A stretch of 64,000 nt of DNA from positions 253,109 to 317,108 of the forward strand of contig MU619259.1 of the NCBI GenBank assembly GCA_025201805.1. The letters are read 5' to 3'. Shown here one piece after another: positions 27,072 through 37,534 of the stretch. Position numbers and translations under genes: made by a program. Every line of letters starts with the position of its first letter. The first letter of the stretch is position 1. The notes beneath the pieces were generated by a model. The model searched no databases. It saw only the letters and a list, made by a program, of their open reading frames with translations, and had not been told where the DNA came from. The DNA comes from Parasitella parasitica NRRL 2501 (taxonomy: Eukaryota > Fungi > Mucoromycota).

Positions 27072-30000
27072 CTATACAGAAGACTTCATCATCAAAACAT
27101 AGGCCCTAAAAGAAATCAAGTTGATGTTCATTCTTTCAAGCACAGTCAACCCTATCCCTACCTGTTTAAACGCGCCATAATATCATTAGTGATATTGTAT
27201 TGAATGGATCCAGCAAAGATCAAAATTGCTCTTGCTCGGTTTTCGAGATCGCTTGATGCCTATTCAAGAGTGAATAAATTAGAACACTTGGATTGATTAA
27301 ATAACACATACAAATTGCTTCAACGCTGTCGGTCGAACGTTTTGATGAGCCCAAGTTTTGTACAAGATGTCCATAACATTCAGCAAAATTTCTGGGACAT
27401 TCGACTTGATCTGCTCATCCAATGAATCAAACTGTTGTACTAAATTACGATTAAAACGGTGATCGTGGGCAAGGGGAACTATATTTGCTTGTTCTAATTG
27501 CTGCAAAGCTCTTTGATATTCATTTTGTTCATATGCTGTACGGAACTTCAAGAGTTGTATCAAAATACGGATAGTGCTTTGTCTTTGAGGTGAAATGACC
27601 TCGGTAAATGCCTCGAACCTGTCGTAATCCTGCATTGTCCTAGTAGCAAATTCAACAATAGTGGTATTGGATTCATCAGAAAGTGTACAATCCATAATTC
27701 TGTCGTCTTGGGATTGTTTCAAGGCATCATTAAGTCCCCTAGCCAACGCATCGACCATATTGTTGTAGTCCTGATGGGGCCATTAGTGAACATATCGCCA
27801 GATGATTGTAAAAAACTTACATGCGCTAAAACATAAATGTTGACAGCGTCCAAACAGCGTCCCATTTGAATGCATTTTTCGGCAGTGGGGTACATTATTT
27901 CCTCAGTGTATTTATCCTTTGAATCAATGTACAATAAGCTCTTTTGACTCTGGATTAGACCAGGCTTAGGCGAGAGATTAATGTTGGATTACAATTAACT
28001 TCAATATAAACTTACCTTGAGGGTATCGTTTGTGGTTCCCAATAAGGTTTCAAAATCTTTGGTGTCCAGAATAAATTGGCATACAGTTAATTTAGCAAGT
28101 TGGATCATGGATTGATCGTGATATCCGTTGGTTGGAGAATACAGACTTAATAGATAAAGATACTGGAGTGCATTTTGGCGGCTTTCAGACAAGAATACTT
28201 GAACATACTGGTAAAGCAGTCTAGGAAAGTTGAAATAATGTACTTGATTTTTGGCGTTTTCAGTGATGACTATAGTTCTGTTAATCTTGGTCTCTTTGTT
28301 TCCATTTCTACTTACACATAAGTTTGGTATCTGTTTGATTAGCTGGAATAATTCGCAATAATCCATGATACACTAAAGCTGCAGCAAAGTGTACTGTTTC
28401 CAATCGATAATTCTTTTGTTTATAGAGAAAGTCTATAGCCTTTTCAAACTGTAATGTTAAAATCAAGATTCGAAAATAGACCCATGGGTTTGTGTTTTCA
28501 GGGTCAAAGTAGTTGCTGCTGTACGTCGATACATGATTTTGTAAATCACATAATCTATAGCGATTAAATGAATAAGATTCTTCATCAGTAACCTCTCTAA
28601 CCAATGTAAGCTATAAATTAACTCTGTATTAACATCTTCTTGTCTTGCAATTACGACAATGCTTTTTACCTGAAGCCAGATGTAATCTTCTGTGGTGTGG
28701 ATAACTTCGAAAAGCGTCTTTTTATGTAATTCGCATCTGCCAAGTATCTTGTATAGAATCACCTTAAAAGGATCGACTGCCTGTTCCCCGTACTCTAACG
28801 TATGGTAGTCTGCAAGGATAGCTTCTTGAGTAGCTTTGGAAACACAATGATATTCTGCATTGACGTATTCCTCAAAATATAACACAAATTTACGATCTTC
28901 AGCAAATTTTTCGCGATTGGTATCTACAAACTGAGCAGCCAACTCCAAACGTCCACACCGTATCAAATAAAACATGAAGACCCAAATAGGTGAATCGTCT
29001 ACAATTTCAAGTCGCTTGTCTGACCATCCAGAGGCTGCTTTAAAAGTGAGATTGATGAAGGCATTCAGACGATGGCTAAATGACGGATTGCCACCAATTT
29101 TGATTGTCTGCGCATGTCTATTCAAAGTTTCGTTTATAGCTACTGATGCTTGGTTTTCTAGCCAAGATTTCGCAGTTGATATCAAGGCACGGCGAGTTTT
29201 GATGGCTGAGAACTCTTGGTATGATTGTGAGGCATAAGTTTTAGTGAATCGACCCTCTGATCTGCCCGTAATATCTGATTTATCAACCAGATATTTAATG
29301 ATATTCCAAGTTTCAAATGCACAATCTTGTGCCTAGAAATGAATCTAGGTAAGTATTGCAGGTGATTCATACAATATACTACTTACTTTTCTCAGCTCGG
29401 ACATGTTGCGGATGTTGGCTAAATTCTGGATCAAGTCGAAATCCGAGTTTTTAAGGCGCTCATTATTCAAGTTTGCAACAACATTAGCGTAATCGTTGAT
29501 TCTCTATGTGGAACAATTAATTTTCGACGGGTTAAAGAGTAGGGATTCCAAAGATGCTTACAACAACTAAAGTTGCATTGCTGTTTTTTTCGTATTCTTT
29601 GTAATCCACTGCATTTTCTATTTCTTGTTGTCTTTCTTTCTTAATGCTCTGGTGAATTTCTTCGAACTGATTGCTGTAGAAAGTTTCGAAATCGTCAACA
29701 TTCTAGTGCGATGATTAATCAACATTGCCTAACGGGCTTTTTCAACATTTCCATACTTGGGCTCTTTTACTCTCAATGATATTGATCAGCCTTTTCTCAT
29801 GCTCTTCCCCCAAAAATCTCTAAACGCAAATTAGAGCTATATCATATTTTTTTGGTGACTTATTTACTTCAAGATCTGTATTATTCTCAACTTCCACAAG
29901 AGTAAATGTTTGGCTTGTATCCATCGGTGTTGTCATATGTTCAGTATCAATGCCGTTGCTAGCCAAGAAATAATGACTAGTAAAATGTTTGATTAGATAT

Positions 30001-30206
30001 TGGATCACACCAAATATAAAAAAAAAAAATAGTAGTTACGCTTTGGCATGAAGTTCTTGTGTTGGTTGGATTCTTTCGCTCATTTGTTTAATATCTCGTT
30101 CTAACTGGCTCCAAGTTCTTTGGATTTCGGGAATTCCAGTATTTTCGCTTGTTGGGAGAAGCATCTTTGATCGCTCAAGGATCTGTCTAAGTTTCTTGTT
30201 TGGCAT
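27072..30206 (-). CDS. NIC96: Nucleoporin Nic96/Nup93 (multi-exon)
   Basis: IPEIQRTWSQLE; AHYFLASNGID; AKSWLENQ; PIWVFMFYLIRCG; DPFKVILYKILGRC; TEDYIWLQL; LTLQFEKAIDFL. Confidence 0.9.
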
Positions 30207-30934
30207 GCTACTATTTGGTACAATTAATGTGTTTAAAGTTAACAAAACACGTAAATGAGTTTTCCAAAGAAAAACCAGGTTGTACTGGTGTCCGGTCACA
30301 TTCTAATGACAGGTAAAGCATTGGAAAGCTACTCCTTGAAATCAGAGGCAGATTTATTATGTTTCTACATTAAAATGTATTTCTATTAGGATTAAGTACC
30401 TTTTGTTGGTTTTAACAGGTAGGAAACACCCAAGTCAGCACAAATGGGATAAATACTCTTTATAAATGATCTAATCTTTAATGAGCTTTAGAACATTCAT
30501 CCGTAGAAGAGAGGTTCTTGGCATTATGTTTATTTTTGTTTTATTTAAGAAAATCTGATTCAAAAAGGCCGAGTTTTTGAGTGATTATTGTGCCCTCGAA
30601 ACTAATCCTATAAACATATTTAAAGCTATAAGTATACTAAACAGCTTTCATCAGAATTCTTTTTGAACACATGGTCATAAGCTTTCTAACAAAGTTAGAA
30701 AAACATGCTTATTCATAATGATCTGAGAAGAAAGAATCGCAACTCTTTTCGTTTGTTCTCTCATATTATTATACCAGCTGCCCTTTTCTTTTGCCTGTAA
30801 TTATAATGAGAGCTTTGGCCCAAAGGGACAGATATGTATTTCACAAAATAAATCTTTTCAATCAATATCTGAAAGTTTCACACTTTAATAAAAATTATTT
30901 ATTTTCTAAACGTCTCACTTTTATTAAAAAAGAA

Positions 30935-31007
30935 TGCCTGTTAACAGAATTGAACTGCTGACCTTCTGCTTACTAGGCAGACGCTCTGCCAACTGAGCCA
31001 AACAGGC
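30935..31007 (-). tRNA. tRNA-Thr(AGT)
   Basis: Reverse complement GCCTGTTTGGCTCAGTTGGCAGAGCGTCTGCCTAGTAAGCAGAAGGTCAGCAGTTCAATTCTGTTAACAGGCA. 7-bp acceptor stem GCCTGTT/AACAGGC, D arm, anticodon arm TCTGC-CT AGT AA-GCAGA, T loop TTCAATT; oligo-T tract follows downstream. Confidence 0.93.
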
Positions 31008-31441
31008 AGGCACTTTTCTTTCTCCTAACCAATTTTTTACCTAATTTGGAACATTCACTTTTTGTAAGAAATTGTATAACACTTCATCCATCCATCTCGA
31101 TAAAAGCTTCATCATTGCATCCTTCGAAAAAATTAGCTCACCTACTTCGTTGCCTTCAGATTCTCTTTTTTCTGGCTTGAAACGGCCTATTTCGTCTCGA
31201 TCTCCACCTTTATTTGCGTTTGATCTCGTACAACAAATAAAGTCCAAAAGATCCTCAACAACATTTGGAGATCCCAAGCCCGCTCCTCCTGCCCAAATGA
31301 ATCTATCAACACCAGATATGATTGATTTCGGTGTTACTGCCCTCCCGTCTGCCTCTTCTGAGGNNNNNNNNNNNNNNNNNNNNNNNNNNNNNNNNNNNNN
31401 NNNNNNNNNNNNNNNNNNNNNNNNNNNNNNNNNNNNNNNNN

Positions 31442-31760
31442 GATCCCATCCTCTACCTGCCCATTGGTCGATCTGCTCGAAGTCGTCTTGTTCGTTGGCG
31501 TCTTGGCCGGTTCACAAACCGTAGAGAAGAGTGTCCCTGTGCCACAGGCGCTTTTATCTCTCGCGATCACTTTTTGACTTGTCGTGCCCTGGATCCCACT
31601 ATGTTGGATGCTTTGCCCTCTGCTCCTCCTAGTAGTGTCAACCGGATTGACCATGCTCTCAATTGCCTTCCCACAAAGGCATCTGATGGTCCTCCGAGGT
31701 TCTGGTCTGCTTTGTTTGCTCTCCTACATGCCATCGATTGCCTCGTGCATCCTTCGAGAA
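31442..31760 (+). pseudogene. C-terminal fragment of LINE ORF2 (post-RT Cys/His region)
   Basis: DPILYLPIGRSARSRLVRWRLGRF...ECPC...RDHFLTC...IDHALN; closely similar to the ORF at 33527-34135. Confidence 0.75.
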
Positions 31761-31915
31761 ATACTTCGTTGCCTTCAGATTCTCTTTTTTCTGGCTTGAA
31801 ACGGCCTATTTCGTCTCGATCTCCACCTTTATTTGCGTTTGATCTCGTACAACAAATAAAGTCCAAAAGATCCTCAACAACATTTGGAGATCCCAAGCCC
31901 GCTCCTCCTGCCCAA

Positions 31916-32992
31916 ATGAATCTATCAACACCAGATATGATTGATTTCGGTGTTACTGCCCTCCCGTCTGCCTCTTCTGAGGGCGACTTGAACATGGCGT
32001 CCTTCGTTCTTGAAGTTCGCAATCGTTTGAGTCGTCTAGAGTCTGCTCATGCTGAGATCTCTCGGCTAAGAGCAGCTCTAGCAGAATCAGAGTCTGCTCG
32101 TCAGGCTCTTGAAGCTCAAATTTCTCGTCTGTCTGCTCCTTCTGCTGCACCAGCTCCACCAAAAGCCGCCTCTTTTGCTTCTGTTGCTGCTGCTGCTGCT
32201 GCTTCTACCTCTGTCTCTGTCCCTGCTCTTTCTGTTCCTGCTGCTGTTGCTGGCAAAAAGAGAAAAACGAAATCTGCTTCTCCTCCTCCAACTCCCATCA
32301 AAAAGGCTGCTGCCACTGTTAGTCGTTTGTTTGGAAAGCAATCTGATATCCCCTCAGGATATCAGTTTGTATATTATGCTATCTCTCGTCGCCGGCCTCT
32401 GCAGGAGATGCGCCGAATTCTTCAGGGTATCAAACTGAACAATTCCCGCATCTTGGATATTCAGTATCCCACGCCACATGTCATCTCCTACCTCGTCCAC
32501 AACGACTATGTACTCACCTTCACCAGTGGGATGCATTTGAATGGTCGTGGTTGCTCTCCCCTCTCCGACTTTGATCCATGCGATCCCAAAAATCTGCTGG
32601 ATCCAAAGTATGCCTCTCTGTCTCCTTCTCTTCGTGCTGAAAAAGCAGTAGAGGTTGAAAATCTCCGTTGTCTTCGTGCCCTGTCGTTTGTTCGTCGTTC
32701 GGTTCGTCTCTCTGTTGCTCGCTCGTTTCTGTATTATGAAAGAATTACACAGAAGCAATATGATGCTATTCTTGCTGAAGAATTGTCGTTGCGTGCCGCT
32801 GCTGCCCCTGCTAAGGCCCTGTCTCCCACTGCTGCTCAAGATCGCTTGGCTAAAAAACAACGCCTGAGTTATCTCCATAACTTGTTGTTCTTTGACCCTG
32901 CCACTGCCAAAACCTTGGCATATACTGACTCTCCTGTTCTCTCTCCCTCTTCTCCTGTTGACACTCCAATGCCAGAAATTTCTGGTGTTTGA
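31916..32992 (+). CDS. LINE ORF1 (gag-like protein of Mucorales non-LTR retrotransposons)
   Basis: Coiled coil (RLSRLESAHAEISRLRAALAESE), Ala/Pro linker, then GYQFVYY...NNSRILDIQYP...LVHNDY...FDPCDP, which I recognise from Mucorales LINE ORF1 proteins. Confidence 0.75.
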   Translation: MNLSTPDMIDFGVTALPSASSEGDLNMASFVLEVRNRLSRLESAHAEISRLRAALAESESARQALEAQISRLSAPSAAPAPPKAASFASVAAAAAASTSVSVPALSVPAAVAGKKRKTKSASPPPTPIKKAAATVSRLFGKQSDIPSGYQFVYYAISRRRPLQEMRRILQGIKLNNSRILDIQYPTPHVISYLVHNDYVLTFTSGMHLNGRGCSPLSDFDPCDPKNLLDPKYASLSPSLRAEKAVEVENLRCLRALSFVRRSVRLSVARSFLYYERITQKQYDAILAEELSLRAAAAPAKALSPTAAQDRLAKKQRLSYLHNLLFFDPATAKTLAYTDSPVLSPSSPVDTPMPEISGV

Positions 32993-33508
32993 GTCTGTTG
33001 TTCAGGTTAAGTTTGGTTCTTCTGTCTTTTTCTTGTCTCTGCCTGCCTGTGCTGTTGTTTCTTTTGTTCTCTGTTTTTTCCCTTTTTCACTTGGTCTCTG
33101 CTCTCTCTTTTCCTCTTTCTTTCTTTACATTTTACATGTATTGTCTCGGTCTCTCCTTTTTTTCTCGCTTTTTTTGTGCTTTCTCTGGTTGCGTCTGTTA
33201 GTTTTGTTTGTGCTGCTGTATGCCGGTCGAGGTCTCCTCTATTGCACTGTGATCATACACGGCAACTTCTCTATCAGCCTTCCTTCATCTTTTTTCCTGA
33301 CATTACAACTTTTTTCAAGTTTATTCCGACGATCGACCATGCATTTCCTTTCTTGGCATCATCCCGATGATACCTGAATGGATCTGACATCCTAGTTATA
33401 AACTTTTTTATTGTAATAGACTCTCTTAGTATAGCAACCTATGATCATATCGATTAATGCATTAGATACTATTAATAAAAATTCAATCTTAAACTGAGCC
33501 AAGCAGGC

Positions 33509-34225
33509 GCTCTGCGTGCTGATACTTTGCCTTCTGACAGTCTCTTGGTCCTCCTGCGAAATGGTCTGACATATACAAGATTGGATCGTTTTATCTGTGA
33601 AAATCCGCTGTATTTGTCTCTGCCCGATCCTGTTCCCTCTGCGGCTGATTTGAAAGTGGTTTTTGATGAATACTGGCAAGACCAAGTTGATCGACAACTT
33701 ACTGCTGCTGCTACTACTGGTAGAAACACTCTGTTACGAGCTTGTCGCCCTACAACATCACGGCCAGACCCCATCTTGTATCTGCCTATAAGTCGATCTG
33801 CTCGCAGTCGCCTGGTTCGCTGGCGTCTGGGTCGGTTCACGAACATGCGAGAAGAATGTCCTTGTTTGGAGAATGATGCGTTTATTACACGTGACCATCT
33901 TCGGTACTGTAATGCTCTGGATCCTCAGCTATTTGATGCGCTACCGTCTACTGCTCCTGGTGTTCATCCAATCGACAATGCTCTAAACTGTCTACCAGTG
34001 AAGGCATCTTCTGGTCCCCCGGAGTACTGGTCTGCGCTGCTTGCACTGCTACATGCTATTGATTGTCTTGTACATCCTTCGGCTGTGATTGCCTTTGATC
34101 CAGATCCCGGATCATCATGGTTTTCTGCTGGATAAACTTGTCATTGGAGAAAGTTTGTTGTTTTGTCTTCTTTGTGCGGTGCCTCGGTGGTAAGTTATAT
34201 CAAAGTTCCCAGCCGTTGGTGTTCC
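33509..34225 (+). mobile_element. 5'-truncated second LINE copy (ORF2 C-terminus plus start of 3' UTR)
   Basis: Reading frame LRADTLPSDSLL...LLRACRP...DPILYLPISRSARSRLVRWRLGRF...CPC...DHL...C, stop at 34135. Begins immediately after the duplicated tRNA 5' fragment. Confidence 0.8.
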
Positions 34226-34540
34226 CACTATGGCCCTAAGGATGTTCTAGGTGAGAGCATTCGATGGTCTCATATGAGCCTGTTTTTAAGATGCGCTCAA
34301 TGAAACGGTAATTCAGAGCATCGATGCTCTCATGAGAACATCCGCTCATATGAGAGTGTCGAGGGTGCCACGAAAACATCCAGCGCTGCGCTCTTATGAA
34401 CCTTTCGTGTTGCTCATGAGAGCATCCAAATATTAAAATGAAAGGCTTCTTTTTCCCCACTAAATAGCATTTTTTCTGGGCATAATAATTTGATTTTTTA
34501 GGCATAAAATTGATTTTTATTTTTTACTTTTGTACTGGAT
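34226..34540 (+). mobile_element. Left end of a CACTATGG-terminated DNA transposon
   Basis: CACTATGGCCCTAAGGATGTTCT matches the termini at 39546 and 41446; subterminal ATGCTCTCATGAG-like repeats follow. Confidence 0.6.
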
Positions 34541-34851
34541 TGCACTGGAGCATTAAATATTTCTTTTTATTAGCATTGATATTCGCAATGATATAGAATG
34601 CTACGGCAGATACTATAGATACTAAAGTTTATCATCGCCCTTGCTTAGAAACTTACCATACAAATAGATACCCTCTGTACATTTCTGCAGCTAGAATTTA
34701 CATACTGTGAAATACATTCACTATGATGATCTGCATTCCACTTCTAGATTCATCCAGTTACCTTAAATTGATATAAACTACATATGCGCACAGATAATAA
34801 GATGTGCAATACAGATTTATACTATATAAGATATAAGCTAGAGACGGCACC

Positions 34852-35490
34852 ATTAGGATGGATGACGCTATAGACTGATACTTATATCTCGACACGAGCC
34901 TTAGACATTTACTAGATTTAGTATATGCTACGAGCTTATGCTATATAAGATCTATGCTTCAGATGCGTATTCCCAGTTTCTAGATACGCACTACAAGACA
35001 TATACTTATATTATCCATGATACTAGCTACAGATACATCATGTACTACAGACTTGTACAATATGTGCAATGCTATAGATATGCTTATGACATGCTATAGA
35101 CATGCTACATATACCGATATATGCTAAGATGAATACCAAGTGATATACACTCGACATGTACTATTAATATAGACTGGATAAGACTATACAAGGAATGATA
35201 TACGCTTATTGATCGATATTAATAATCTTCGCATAGAAGATTGATCAGGGTACTACCTCTGGTAAAGTCTATCTCCTGACTCAAATATATTTAAGTTATC
35301 TTGAGTCTGCTGATATGTAGGTTAGCACAAAGTTATGATGCTAGTTACGCAGTATTGTCGTACATGTTAAATTGCGAGAATAGAACATTTATCCACAGTT
35401 TAAGTATATAAAGGTTCATCTACCTGGCCAGTAGATGAACGAGAGCTTTATACACCTGTCGATTTGATAATAAAACCTATACCTTTATCA
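34852..35490 (+). mobile_element. LTR-like repeat (solo or 3' LTR)
   Basis: Aligns over ~570 bp with 62200-62785; TATA-like TATATAAAG at ~35405; AATAAA followed by terminal ...TTTATCA. Confidence 0.65.
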
Positions 35491-35599
35491 AGTTGACTTT
35501 ATTGTTTTTTATTATAATTTTTTTCCGTGAATCCAAATAATAATTTATACCGATTCCACAGAGAGAAACTATTTCATTCTTTTGTCACTCATAACGCAA

Positions 35600-36557
35600 G
35601 ATTGAAAGCAGCTGGAATTGGTATACATCATCAAACGCTATCGATATACAGTGTGCTGACAGACACGGCTTTGGGTCATGTTCCTCAGCATCTGTACCAA
35701 TGCTGAAACCCAAGCAAATCGAGAAAAGACTTGCTTGGGCCAAAGAAAAGGTTAATTGGACAGCTGAACAATGGTAGAATGTCATTTGGTCCGATGAATC
35801 TAAATTCAACGTTAATGGCAGCGATGGAAGGGTCCGAGTGATTCGAAAAGAAGGCGAAAGGTTCTCTCCAAACCATGCTCAAAAGACTGTGAAGTTTGGG
35901 AATGGTTCAGTGATGATTTGGGGTTGTTTCTGGGCTGAGGGTTTGGGTCCTATTGTAACCATGAAAGGGAGTATCAATCAAGACGCTTATGTCAACTGTT
36001 TGTCCAACCACTTCCTCCCATGGTTGCAGGACTTGAGTGTTGAACATTCCAAGGAATTTATATTCCAAGAAGACTGTGCCTCTTGCCATACTGGGAAGTA
36101 TGCAACCTGGTATAAGCAGAGACATCAGATCCAAGGGTTCAATTTCTGGCCACCTCAAAGTCCAGACCTTAACCCCATTGAACATGTCTGGGCTTACCTT
36201 GAAAAGCGGATAGAGAGTTGTAGATACCAACTGAAAAATGTGGGTCAGTTGGAGACTTGTATTCGCAACGAATGGTATGCAATACCTCCATCATTTTTAG
36301 AGACTTTAGTCGGCAGTATGAGCTCTCGATGCAAGGCTGTTATTGAGGCTAATGGTGGCAATACCAGATATTAATTTTAATTTTTTTTTGCTATATTACT
36401 AAAATAAACATGTTAAGCTTTGTATACTTCAAATCTTATACAATTATATTGATATTTCACTAATAAGTTTTTTCAATCAAAAAACATTTCAAAACTTGAA
36501 TTTAATTTCTGACACCAAAAAGTAAAAAAGGACGGTGACTTATCTCTACCCACGGTA
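35600..36557 (+). mobile_element. Truncated Tc1 transposon with DD35E transposase pseudogene
   Basis: WTAEQW*NVIWSDESKFN, TVKFGNGSVMIWGCF, FQEDCASCH and WPPQSPDLNPIEHVW; right end ...TATCTCTACCCACGG|TA; premature stop at ~35775. Confidence 0.85.
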
Positions 36558-36569
36558 CCATTCCATTGC

Positions 36570-36745
36570 AAGCATGATGCTTTTTTATTATAATTCATAC
36601 ATATTTTTATGAGATTGCCTAATAATTTTCGTAAGATTGCTTAGGTCATTTTTATGAGTTTAAATAGTAGATCGTTTTTGTGAGATTTATATTCAGATTT
36701 TGTAGGTGCCCCCAAATATTTTGTGAGTTTGATTGAAAATACAAT
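36570..36745 (-). mobile_element. Solo terminal fragment of the 9371-10872 Tc1/mariner family
   Basis: TTTGTGAGATTTATATTCAGATTTTGTAGGTGCCCCCAAATATTTTGTGAGTTTGATTGAAAATAC matches that TIR; adjacent bases match 9470-9500 inverted. Confidence 0.8.
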
Positions 36746-36949
36746 ATATTATGGTTTGATGCTGCAGAGTGCAAAGGCTGACAAAAAAATTTAAGAAATA
36801 TATGCAGCAATGTTTTACTACTTATTGTTTTTGGAAATATGAAGCAAGAGAAATTTGGGATGCTGTGAGCAAGTTGCAATGGCAACATATTTCTGAGCTT
36901 GAATTTACCAGTGCGAAGACAGCCCTTTAGCATATTGAAGCACCTATTT

Positions 36950-37503
36950 CAGTTGAGGAGCAAAGCATGAACTCTTTAGACACTCTGGTAATGTCTTGAT
37001 ATGAATCAATAGCCAAGATGCTGTAAAGTAGGACCTTAAAAGCTATTTTTATGTAGCTTTATGTTTAGGTTAAAATAAATGCCACCTAATCATGACCATC
37101 ACCTTTTCCCCCGCTTAAAAGCATAATCTACAATCTCTGATATCTTTACCAACTATTATGCAAATAGAAACACAACCTTCAGCCAAATCCTTATTTTTTT
37201 GCAGCATTTTACAACATATTCGAGTTTTATGCACCTCTGGCCATTTTTTAGATTTTGCTATTTTTGGACCCCAAACCTCATATTCGATTTTCAGTTTTCA
37301 ACTTTGGGTCAACCTTCGGGATCATTTTTAGGTACGAATTTGAGGTCCAAACTAAGAACACAGGTTAACTCTAGTATGATAACTGTACCTCACTACGTCT
37401 TCCGATTTTCAATATCCATCTTTGCTGTCGAGATATTCCCAAAACCAAATTTTGCAGATTTTCCAAATTTTACAGCTGCAGTAAATTTGAAAGATTTACG
37501 AAA

Positions 37504-37534
<31 letters not shown>

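Larger units (their letters stand above)
31008..33491 (+). mobile_element. Non-LTR retrotransposon insertion (LINE-type ORF1, ORF2 fragment, 3' UTR) bounded by a 17-bp tRNA-derived direct repeat
   Basis: Flanks AACTGAGCCAAACAGGC (30991-31007) and AACTGAGCCAAGCAGGC (33492-33508). Ends AATAAAAATTCAATCTTA. Contains an assembly gap at 31364-31441. Confidence 0.8.

Noticed and set aside
31322-32992. 556-aa ORF as one protein
   Set aside because: It spans an N gap and fuses an ORF2 fragment to ORF1; not a credible single gene.
34260-34430. Short palindromic repeats resembling a CRISPR array
   Set aside because: Irregular spacing, eukaryotic context and no cas genes; better explained as transposon subterminal repeats.
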